In this document: positions 36,094 to 44,232 of the stretch, piece after piece | Position numbering within the stretch: position 1 is the first letter of the stretch | Layout: every line of letters starts with the position of its first letter | NCBI GenBank assembly: GCA_044508875.1 | Contig: JBIQHE010000020.1 | Location: 3,402-67,401, forward strand | Direction: 5' to 3' | Length of the DNA: 64,000 nucleotides | Source: Sphingomonadales bacterium | GTDB lineage: Bacteria > Pseudomonadota > Alphaproteobacteria > Sphingomonadales > Sphingomonadaceae | Made by a program: the position numbers and the translations under genes | Notes under the pieces: generated by a model | What the model was told of the DNA's origin: nothing | Database searches by the model: none | The model's input: only the letters and a program-made list of their open reading frames with translations

Positions 36094-36828
36094 ATGAAAC
36101 AGGCAATCCTCCATCGCATGGTCATGCCCGACCACATCTGCCCTTATGGCCTCAAGGCCAAGCATCTCCTGAAAAGGCGCGGCTTTGCGGTCGACGATCG
36201 CTGGCTGACGACGCGCGAGGAGACCGAGGCGTTCAAGGCCGAGCATGGCGTCAAGACGACACCGCAGACCTTTATCGAGGGGGTGCGCATCGGCGGCTAT
36301 GACGATTTACGGCGGCATTTCGGGCTAAAAGTCGCCGACCCCGACAGGGCGAGCTACACGCCGGTCATCGCTCTGTTCGCGATGACCGCACTGATGGCGC
36401 TCGCTGCCAGCTTCGCGGTCGAGGGCCAGGCCTTTTCCATCCGCGCAGCCGAATGGTTCGTTTCGTTCAGCATGATCGTCCTCGCCCTGTTGAAGTTGCA
36501 GGACATCGACAAGTTCGCGACCATGTTCCTCAACTATGACCTGCTTGCCCGCCGCTGGGTCCCCTATGCGAGCCTCTATGCCTTTGCCGAGGGGCTGGCG
36601 GGCGTTTTGATGGCCGCGCACGCGCTGCCGGAGCTGTCGATCCCGGTCGCATTGTTCATCGGCACCATTGGCGCGGTGTCCGTATACAAGGCAGTCTATA
36701 TCGACAAGCGCACACTCAAGTGCGCCTGCGTCGGGGGCAGCAGCAAGGTGCCGTTGGGCTTCGTCTCGCTCACAGAGAATCTGATGATGATTGCCATGGC
36801 GGTGTGGATGATGCGGATATGGCTTTGA
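36094..36828 (+). CDS. Glutaredoxin-domain / MauE (DoxX-like) membrane-domain fusion protein
   Basis: 244 aa from ATG 36094. The N-terminal domain is Grx-like with monothiol CPYG, TTPQTFI and IGGYDDL. The C-terminal 4-5 TM region has LKCACVGGSSKVPLGFVSLTENL, typical of the MauE family. Confidence 0.7.
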   Translation: MKQAILHRMVMPDHICPYGLKAKHLLKRRGFAVDDRWLTTREETEAFKAEHGVKTTPQTFIEGVRIGGYDDLRRHFGLKVADPDRASYTPVIALFAMTALMALAASFAVEGQAFSIRAAEWFVSFSMIVLALLKLQDIDKFATMFLNYDLLARRWVPYASLYAFAEGLAGVLMAAHALPELSIPVALFIGTIGAVSVYKAVYIDKRTLKCACVGGSSKVPLGFVSLTENLMMIAMAVWMMRIWL

Positions 36829-36860
36829 CCTCGGCACCGCTTAAGCCCCTTGGCGACCAG

Positions 36861-38207
36861 ATGATGATGTCGAAAACATCGCTGCTGGCACTCGCGGCGG
36901 CCCTCGCCCTCACCCCCATGGTCGCCAAAGCCCAGCATCATGGCGCACACGCCGGCCACTCGCCGCCCGCCCCCAGCCCCGACTCGCCCCTCGAGCGTGA
37001 TGCGGGGCACGAAGCCGGTGCGATGGATCATGCATCGATGGGACATGGTGCGATGGAGCAGGACGCCAAAGTCCCACCCGGCGAAGGCTCGGGAACCTCG
37101 AGGCTTCCCGGAAACGAGGGCGGGCACAGAGGGCTCCACCTGGTGACCGGGAGCAACTGGGTGCTCATGGCGCATGGCTTCGCGTGGGGTGTCTATACCC
37201 ACCAATCGGGACCACGCGGCGACGACAAGGCCTATGTCCAGTCCATGCTGATGGTGTCGGCCGAAAAGGACGCCGGTTGGGGCCGCATCCAGCTCAAGTC
37301 GATGATGAGCCTCGAACCGCTCATGGCGAATCGCGGTTACCCCAATCTCTTCGCTACCGGGGAAACCGCGGGCGGCGTGCCGCTCGTCGACCGCCAGCAT
37401 CCCCACGACTTTTTCATGGAACTTGCCGCCCGTCTCGATGTCCAGGTCGGGGGCGAGAGCCGCCTATTCCTTTATGGCGGTCCGGTCGGCGAGCCTGCGA
37501 TCGGCCCCAGCGCCTTCATGCACCGCCAAAGCGCGCGCTACAATCCCGAGGCGCCGATCACTCATCACTGGTTCGATTCAACCCACATCACCTACGGCGT
37601 CGCGACGCTCGGCTATCAAGGACCCGAGATTCAACTCGAGGCCTCACTGTTTACCGGGCGCGAACCCGACGAAAAGCGCTGGGGCATCGAAAGCCCGCGT
37701 TTGGACAGCTGGGCTCTGCGCGGAACCTGGACGCCCTCGCCTGAATGGGCCGTGCAGGTCAGCCACGCGGGGCTCAAGGAGCCCGAAGCCCAACACGCAG
37801 GAAAAGACGAACTTCGCACCACCGCGAGCGTCCAGTTCGCAAATCGGAAAGGCTGGTCAGCGATGGCCGCGTTTAGCGCCAAGAACCGGGATCCTGGGGA
37901 CACGCTAACGGCGTGGCTTGCGGAGGCGAATTGGGACGTCGACAGGCATCACACGCTGTTCGCGCGGGTCGAGAATGTTCGCAGCGACGAGCTGTTTCCC
38001 GATCATGACGACGTGCTGCACGACGTCGCGTTTCGCCTGACCAAGTTCCAGGCCGGCTATGCCTATCGCATCCCGTTGACCGGCCCGCTGAACCTTGCGA
38101 TCGGAGGCAGTCTTGCAGCCTTCGCCAAGCCCAGGGCGCTCGATGCGGTCTATGGCAAGTCGCCCGTCGGGGCGACGCTGTTCGCGCGGCTGGCGCTGGG
38201 GCTGTAA
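36861..38207 (+). CDS. Exported protein with His/Met-rich N-terminal region and a beta-rich body (possible outer-membrane protein), function unknown
   Basis: 448 aa from ATG 36861 with a signal peptide ending MVAKA. This is followed by QHHGAHAGH...GHEAGAMDHASMGHGAME. The remainder has an alternating pattern and no TM helices. I do not recognise the family. Confidence 0.6.
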   Translation: MMMSKTSLLALAAALALTPMVAKAQHHGAHAGHSPPAPSPDSPLERDAGHEAGAMDHASMGHGAMEQDAKVPPGEGSGTSRLPGNEGGHRGLHLVTGSNWVLMAHGFAWGVYTHQSGPRGDDKAYVQSMLMVSAEKDAGWGRIQLKSMMSLEPLMANRGYPNLFATGETAGGVPLVDRQHPHDFFMELAARLDVQVGGESRLFLYGGPVGEPAIGPSAFMHRQSARYNPEAPITHHWFDSTHITYGVATLGYQGPEIQLEASLFTGREPDEKRWGIESPRLDSWALRGTWTPSPEWAVQVSHAGLKEPEAQHAGKDELRTTASVQFANRKGWSAMAAFSAKNRDPGDTLTAWLAEANWDVDRHHTLFARVENVRSDELFPDHDDVLHDVAFRLTKFQAGYAYRIPLTGPLNLAIGGSLAAFAKPRALDAVYGKSPVGATLFARLALGL

Positions 38208-38448
38208 TAGGCGCGGCCGGCCACCCTTGGGCGAAAGGCCTGCCGGCCATGATTAATCTCCTATCTGTCGCCGCAGGAGCGGCCCGGACCGAGGGTTCGC
38301 AGGGGTGATGCTGAACCTCTTTTCAACGCAAGACCCCTGACAAGCCGCAAGAAGAGGGCCGCGATGCAGGCAATGGGCATCTCCTTCATGCTCGGCTATG
38401 GCCCTCGGCGCCGAGTCGAAGTCTCGGCGCCAGCCTCCAGGAGCCCTC

Positions 38449-40020
38449 ATGGTCAGCCGTCGTCACTTCCTCGCCACCGCTACCCTCGCCGGCGTGTCGG
38501 CACCCGCGATCCTGCGCGCCGAGGGCGGCCTGTTCCGAGATTTTCCCTTCAGTCTCGGCGTTGCAGCAGGCGACCCTTCGAGCGACGGCTTCGTCATCTG
38601 GACGCGCCTCGCCCCCGAACCAATGGCCCCGCACGGAGGCATGCCGCTTGCGCCGGTGCCCGTTGACTGGGAGGTCGCAAGCGACGGTGGTTTTCGCGAC
38701 ATCGTTGCCAGGGGCACGGAGCTTGCACATCCCGAGCTTGCGCACAGCGTCCATGTCGAGGTCGCAGGCCTCAAGGCGGATCGCCCCTATTATTACCGTT
38801 TTACCGCCGCCGGCGAGCGGAGCCTTCGCGGCCGCGCTCGCACGCTTCCAATGGTCGGCGCGAGCGTCGACACGCTGAAATTCGGTGTCTGCGGATGCCA
38901 GCATTTCGAATCGGGATTTTTTGGTGCCTACCGACACCTGGCGCGCGAAGACCTGGCCTTTGTCTATCATTATGGCGACTTCATCTATGAATATAGTCAG
39001 GATTATTTGTTCCCGGACGGGCTGCCGAGCCGGCCGGTGCGCAAGAATGCTTTTCGCAACCTGATCGACCTTTCTGACTTTCGTACCGCGTACAGCCAGC
39101 AACTCGGCGATATCGACCTGCAGGCGGCGCGCTGCAGCCACGCCTTTTTGTCGAGCTTCGATGATCATGAGATCCGCAACGACTGGGTGTCGGACCGCGA
39201 CAACTGGAAACTGGGGCTCGATGCAGAGGATCCCGATGCGCCGCCGCCCGAGGTCTTCATGCTCAAGAAGCAGGCTGCGATGCAGGCATGGTACGAGCAT
39301 ATGCCGGTGCGCCGCGCGCTGCTCCCACGCGGAGGCATGGTCGCACTCCACCGCGAGCTGCGTTATGGTAACCTCATGTCGATGCAGCTGCTCGACACGC
39401 GACAGTATCGAGACGACCAGCCCTGCGGCGACGGCTTCAAGCCAGCCTGCCCACAGGTTTTCGACAAGAATGCGCAGGTACTAGGGAAGGCGCAGGAGGC
39501 ATGGCTCGCCAAGAACCTAGGCGAAGGGGGCGCGACGTGGAACGCGATCGCGCAGCAGGTGACGATGATGTCGCTCGACCGGCGGCGCTTTGCGGATGAG
39601 GCACAGAAGATCCTGAACCTCGACAGCTGGGCGGGTTACGAGGCCCCGCGCGAGCGGATGCTGGCCCGCCTTGGCGGCGTCAAGAACGCTGTCGTTCTGA
39701 CCGGCGACGAGCATCAGAATTTCTGCGGCGACCTCGTTCTGAAGGACAAGGTTGTTGCGGGCGAATTCGTTGGCACGTCGATTTCGAGCGGCGGTGACGG
39801 CAGCGACAAGCGACAGGGCACCGATGAATGGCTGGCCCGCAACCCTGAGCTCAAGTTCGCGAACGACCAGCGCGGATACATGGTCTGTGACGTAGGCCAT
39901 GAGGCGTGGCAGACGCACTTCATGGTCGTCGACAAGGTGACAACCCCTGTGAACAACCTGTCGAAACGCGCGACGGGGGTGATCGAGAATGGCGCCTCCG
40001 GGATCAAGATGTCCGCTTGA
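38449..40020 (+). CDS. phoD: Alkaline phosphatase D family (Tat-exported)
   Basis: 523 aa from ATG 38449, with GGAG 7 nt upstream. Tat signal SRRHFLATATLAG. Motifs GDFIYEY, SFDDHEIRNDW and LTGDEHQNF. Confidence 0.85.
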   Translation: MVSRRHFLATATLAGVSAPAILRAEGGLFRDFPFSLGVAAGDPSSDGFVIWTRLAPEPMAPHGGMPLAPVPVDWEVASDGGFRDIVARGTELAHPELAHSVHVEVAGLKADRPYYYRFTAAGERSLRGRARTLPMVGASVDTLKFGVCGCQHFESGFFGAYRHLAREDLAFVYHYGDFIYEYSQDYLFPDGLPSRPVRKNAFRNLIDLSDFRTAYSQQLGDIDLQAARCSHAFLSSFDDHEIRNDWVSDRDNWKLGLDAEDPDAPPPEVFMLKKQAAMQAWYEHMPVRRALLPRGGMVALHRELRYGNLMSMQLLDTRQYRDDQPCGDGFKPACPQVFDKNAQVLGKAQEAWLAKNLGEGGATWNAIAQQVTMMSLDRRRFADEAQKILNLDSWAGYEAPRERMLARLGGVKNAVVLTGDEHQNFCGDLVLKDKVVAGEFVGTSISSGGDGSDKRQGTDEWLARNPELKFANDQRGYMVCDVGHEAWQTHFMVVDKVTTPVNNLSKRATGVIENGASGIKMSA

Positions 40021-40071
40021 TCCCGGAATGACCGTAAAACCTATCCGCCCTCGGCCTGCCGAAGGCTTGCT

Positions 40072-40096
40072 CCTTCCTTCGCGGGCCGAAGAAAGG
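40072..40096. terminator. Hairpin between the convergent phoD and M28 genes (CCTTCCTTCG-cgggc-CGAAGAAAGG)
   Basis: 10-bp stem with one mismatch, read directly. No clear U-tract on either strand. Confidence 0.3.
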
Positions 40097-40142
40097 ATTG
40101 TGCTTCGACGAGCCGGCAGGAACGGATTGCCATTGTCGTTTC

Positions 40143-41750
40143 TTATTCGTTCGGATCCTTATATTTGAACGGATCATAGGGCGAGGGCTGGCTCGGCACC
40201 GGGAAGCGCGGCAGCGTCTTGTCGCTGTTCGCCGAGGCGAGCAGCATGCCTGCCATCACCACCGAGGCCTGGCGAAGATCCTCGGCTTTCAGATGGTCGT
40301 AGGTATCAGCATTACTGTGGTGCGTGCGCGATCCATAGTCGAGCGGGTCCTGGATGAACTGGTAGCCGGGCACACCCACCGACTGCATGAAGACATGGTC
40401 GGTACCGCTGGTATTGGCGGCGACGACGCGGTCTGCGCCAAGGCTCGCATATGGCGCCAGCCATTCCTTGAGCAGCGGCACGGCAGCGACATTGCCCTCG
40501 GCATAGATACCGCGCAGCTTGCCCGAGCCATTATCCATGTTGAAATAGGCCTTGAGGTCATAATAGCCGGGCTTCGGCGTGATCGGATATCGGTTCGGCC
40601 AGCCATAATAGAGAAGATTGCCGTCCTCTCCTTCCGCCGGGCCGGGACGCGATGCGAGATATTTGTCGACATAGGCGAGGCTGCCGAGCAGCCCCTGCTC
40701 CTCGCCGCTCCATAGCACGAAACGGATCGTGCGCTTGGGCCGGACGCCGAGCGCCTTGAGGATCCGCGCAGCCTCCATCACCACCGCGCTTCCCGCCGCA
40801 TTATCGGTGGCGCCGTCGGCTGCAGCCCAGCTGTCGAAATGCGCGCCTGCCATCACGTAACCCGCCTTGGGGTCCGTACCGGGAATGTCGGCAATGATGT
40901 TATAGGCCTTGGTGTCGCTGTCGTCGAAGCGGACATTGCTGTCGATTTCGAGCTGGGGCGCCGGCCCCGATTTCGCAAGGCGCGCGAGGCGGCGATAATC
41001 CTCCGCGGCAAGTTCGATCGCCGGCAGGCCCAGCGTGTGCCCGGCACGGTAATTATAGCCTTCGCCGTGCACCAGCATGCCGTCGCGGTACGACTGGCGC
41101 ACCCAGGCGAGTGCACCCTCGGCCTTCAGGAAGGCGTCGAGCTTCTCGGGAAAGGTCACGCGCTCGAGGCGGCGGTTGAGCGCCTCGGGATCATATTTCG
41201 GCTGGCGAAAAGCCTCGAGCTTTTCGAAATCTTCACCGCCGAGACGCCGAAAGGCCGGCTTGTCCGGTTCGCTACCCTCACCCGGGAGCGAAATGAGAAC
41301 GATCTTGCCCGCGAGCTTGCCGCGCCACTCGGCGAAATTTTCTTCCTTCGACATCGGTGCGACGATGATTGGCGCCGAGATCGCGCCGTTGGTTGGCGGC
41401 GTCCAGGCGATGGGGATAGCAGTGAGCGTGAGCGGGCGCGGGCTCGTCATGCGGGCGCTGACCGAGACGATCTCCCACCCGCGGCCGAATTCGAAGCCGT
41501 CGCGCCGGACGTTCGAGAGCCCCCAGCCTTGGAACTTGTCGATCGCCCATTGCTCGGCGCGGCGCATTCCCGGTGAGTTGGTGAGGCGCGGGCCAAGCCC
41601 GTCGGTCATCTCGTGCGCGAGGAGCATCACCTGGCTATGGTTCATACCCTGGTCGATGATACCAATGGCATCGTCGGCCTTTTGCGCGCCTACTGGTACG
41701 GCGACGAACGCTGCCCCCGCCATCATCATGGCGACCAAAGTCTTTTTCAT
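40143..41750 (-). CDS. M28 family metallopeptidase with PA domain (exported)
   Basis: 535 aa with a signal peptide. Zn ligand motifs AGAHFDSW, DNAAGSAV, WSGEEQGLLGS and GTDHVFM. Confidence 0.85.
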   Translation of the reverse strand: MKKTLVAMMMAGAAFVAVPVGAQKADDAIGIIDQGMNHSQVMLLAHEMTDGLGPRLTNSPGMRRAEQWAIDKFQGWGLSNVRRDGFEFGRGWEIVSVSARMTSPRPLTLTAIPIAWTPPTNGAISAPIIVAPMSKEENFAEWRGKLAGKIVLISLPGEGSEPDKPAFRRLGGEDFEKLEAFRQPKYDPEALNRRLERVTFPEKLDAFLKAEGALAWVRQSYRDGMLVHGEGYNYRAGHTLGLPAIELAAEDYRRLARLAKSGPAPQLEIDSNVRFDDSDTKAYNIIADIPGTDPKAGYVMAGAHFDSWAAADGATDNAAGSAVVMEAARILKALGVRPKRTIRFVLWSGEEQGLLGSLAYVDKYLASRPGPAEGEDGNLLYYGWPNRYPITPKPGYYDLKAYFNMDNGSGKLRGIYAEGNVAAVPLLKEWLAPYASLGADRVVAANTSGTDHVFMQSVGVPGYQFIQDPLDYGSRTHHSNADTYDHLKAEDLRQASVVMAGMLLASANSDKTLPRFPVPSQPSPYDPFKYKDPNE

Positions 41751-41884
41751 TCCTGGCTTTCCCTTGTTGCGTTTGAAACCGGATCACCATCCGGCGTCTG
41801 AATTGCAAGAGAATTTCCGACCGATGACAAATGTACGGCGACGCACGGCTTGTCGCCGCCCTGCCCTCCGTCCATTCTGGGAGC

Positions 41885-43096
41885 ATGATCCCGACTCGAA
41901 TCGCCGCGATGATGTTCGCCCTTCTCGCCATCATCGCCGCGCCGCTACCGGCCAAGGAAGACAGCGAGCGGCCGCCCGTGACAATTCTTATCTCGATCGA
42001 TGGCTTCCGCGCCGATTACCTCGGCCGTGGCCTCACCCCGAACCTTTCACGGCTTGCCGCCGAGGGTGCCCACGGAAAGTTGCGCCCATCCTTTCCGACC
42101 AAGACCTTCCCCAACCATTATGCCATTGTCACCGGCAAGCGGCCCGACACCAACGGCATCGTCGGAAACCGGATGATCGATCCACGCCGTCCCGACCAGA
42201 TATTCAGTCTAGGAGATGCAAAGCAGTCGCTCGACCGCTTTTGGTGGGACGAGGCCGAGCCAGCGTGGGTCACGGCCGAAAAGGGGGGCGTTCGCAGCGC
42301 AACGATGTTCTGGCCCGGCAGCGAGGTCGATATCCACGGGGCCCGACCCCACGACTGGCTGCGCTTCGACCAGAACGTCGGAGACACCCAGCGCGTCAAC
42401 ACCATTCTCGATTGGATGCGGCGGCCGGCGGAGATCCGTCCCACTTTCGTCACTCTCTATTTCGACATTGTCGATACTGCGGGACATCGCTTTGGTCCCG
42501 ACAGCGCCGAGGTGAATGCGGCGATCGCCGCGGTCGATGCACGGATCGGCGAACTGGCGCAGGGGCTTCAGGAGTTGGGGCAGCCGGCGCATATGCTGGT
42601 TGTCGCCGACCACGGCATGCGGGCGGTCGATGCCTCGCGGGTGATCCAGCTTGCCGACTTCATCGACCTCCCCAGTATCATCGCCGTCGAAACGGGCCCC
42701 TATGCCGCGATCGAGCCCACTGCAGCAACCGACCAACGCGTGTTCGCGGCGCTTTTGAAGCCGCACGATCACATGGAGTGCCGGCGCCGCGAAGATCTTC
42801 CCGCGCGGCTCCACTATGGCAGCAACGCTCGCGTCGCTGCGATCATCTGCATCGCCGAGCCCGGTTGGTCGATCATCGCGGGCGAGCCCGAATGGCCCAT
42901 CGCGGGCGGTGCCCACGGCTACGACAACCAGGACCCGGACATGCTCGCGCTGTTCGTCGCCGCAAATGCCGGTCTGAAGGGCGATATCGGGATCGTCGAC
43001 AATATCGAGGTCTATCCGCTGCTGATGAAGCTGATCGGCATCGCGCCGCTGCCGAGCGATGCGACAGGCGCCCTCGTAAAGCCGATCGAGCGTTAG
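41885..43096 (+). CDS. Ectonucleotide pyrophosphatase/phosphodiesterase (NPP, alkaline-phosphatase superfamily)
   Basis: 403 aa from ATG 41885 with a signal peptide. ISIDGFRADYL, the PTKTFPNHYAIVTG nucleophile motif, and DHGM. Confidence 0.85.
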   Translation: MIPTRIAAMMFALLAIIAAPLPAKEDSERPPVTILISIDGFRADYLGRGLTPNLSRLAAEGAHGKLRPSFPTKTFPNHYAIVTGKRPDTNGIVGNRMIDPRRPDQIFSLGDAKQSLDRFWWDEAEPAWVTAEKGGVRSATMFWPGSEVDIHGARPHDWLRFDQNVGDTQRVNTILDWMRRPAEIRPTFVTLYFDIVDTAGHRFGPDSAEVNAAIAAVDARIGELAQGLQELGQPAHMLVVADHGMRAVDASRVIQLADFIDLPSIIAVETGPYAAIEPTAATDQRVFAALLKPHDHMECRRREDLPARLHYGSNARVAAIICIAEPGWSIIAGEPEWPIAGGAHGYDNQDPDMLALFVAANAGLKGDIGIVDNIEVYPLLMKLIGIAPLPSDATGALVKPIER

Positions 43097-43137
43097 CGCG
43101 CTTGCTTTCGACCGTCCCGGCACCGCATAGGACCGCC

Positions 43138-43590
43138 ATGCTCTATTATGAAGATATCGAGGTCGGCGCAGTTGAGCGCTTCGGGCGCAAGCAGGTCACG
43201 CGCGAAGAGGTGATCGATTTTGCAAGCCAGTTCGACCCACAGCCCTTCCACCTCGACGATGAGGCAGCGGCAGCCACGCATTTCGGGCGACTGTCGGCAA
43301 GTGGCTGGCACACCGGCGCCATGACGATGCGGATGCTCGTCGATCACATGCGGGCCCGCGCGCAGGCGGGTCTGGGTTCGCCCGGGATCGACGAGCTTCG
43401 TTGGCTGAAGCCCGTCTATCCCGGTGACACGCTCCGCTGCGAGAGCGAAGTGCTGAGCAAGCGGCGGTCGCAAAGCCGGCCCGAAATGGGGCTGTTCCAG
43501 TCGAAACTCACCGTCTTCAACCAGCACGACGAGCCGGTGATGACGATGCGCTCGACCGGGCTCATTCGCGTTCGCGAGCCCGGCGCCTGA
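43138..43590 (+). CDS. MaoC-like (R)-hydratase/dehydratase domain protein
   Basis: 150 aa. This is the C-terminal, real part of the ORF track's 837-aa frame. Hot-dog fold motifs FDPQPFHLD and GWHT. Confidence 0.8.
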   Translation: MLYYEDIEVGAVERFGRKQVTREEVIDFASQFDPQPFHLDDEAAAATHFGRLSASGWHTGAMTMRMLVDHMRARAQAGLGSPGIDELRWLKPVYPGDTLRCESEVLSKRRSQSRPEMGLFQSKLTVFNQHDEPVMTMRSTGLIRVREPGA

Positions 43591-43602
43591 AAAGGTTCAG
43601 GA

Positions 43603-44085
43603 TCAGGCTTTGCAGGCCCACGCGCCCTCATAGGTGCGTTCGCCGCCATAGGTGCGCTGCGCCAAAAGCGTCGCCGCCTGTCCGCCTTGGCCCGGCTTCA
43701 CTGTCAATTTCATGCCAGGGCCCGACAACTCCATGCCCTTCTCGAGCGCCTTGAATCCGCCCGAACCCGCTACGCGCAGGACTTTGCCGCCAAGCTTGTA
43801 GGCGCCTGAGGCGAGTTCGTCGTCGCCGGTATTGGCGCGGGCAACGAGGGCCGGGCCTTGCTGACCCTTGATGGTGAAGCTGCATTCGCGCTCGCCGTCG
43901 AGGCGCAGCAATTCACCCTTTTCGATCGCGCTCAGTTCAATGGGTTCGCCGCCGCCAGTGTCGGGCAGCTTCGCTTCGTCGACCGCGGTCTTGGTTTCGG
44001 GGGTCTTGGTGTCAGGCTGGGCTTCGCCCGAACAACCGGCAAGCAACAACAAGGCGCCGAAGGACGCCGCAAGAGGGGATTTCAT
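43603..44085 (-). CDS. Hypothetical lipoprotein
   Basis: 160 aa from ATG 44085 with lipobox LLLAGCSG. No recognisable domain. Confidence 0.55.
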   Translation of the reverse strand: MKSPLAASFGALLLLAGCSGEAQPDTKTPETKTAVDEAKLPDTGGGEPIELSAIEKGELLRLDGERECSFTIKGQQGPALVARANTGDDELASGAYKLGGKVLRVAGSGGFKALEKGMELSGPGMKLTVKPGQGGQAATLLAQRTYGGERTYEGAWACKA

Positions 44086-44232
44086 CGACTTTTTTCTCCT
44101 TTGGCCCTCGACTTGGCGGGCAACCGCCCGCCAGTTTCGAAGACGAGGAGTCCCGTAACGGCGCAAATCGCGTCGCGCAAGACCATCACCCGCGCATTTT
44201 CGCGGGCGTGATCGCTGGGCGGCGAACCTTGG

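Noticed and set aside
38330-38360. Possible Pho box on the minus strand (CTTGTCA-gggg-TCTTGCG) upstream of phoD
   Set aside because: The second repeat is a poor match to the first. The orientation and distance to the start are atypical. The evidence is insufficient to call.
41077-43137. N-terminal 687 codons of the 837-aa plus-strand ORF
   Set aside because: It overlaps the M28 peptidase (minus strand) and the NPP gene (another plus frame). The sequence is Arg/Pro/Ser-rich nonsense. Only the last 150 codons, from ATG 43138, form a credible MaoC-like protein.
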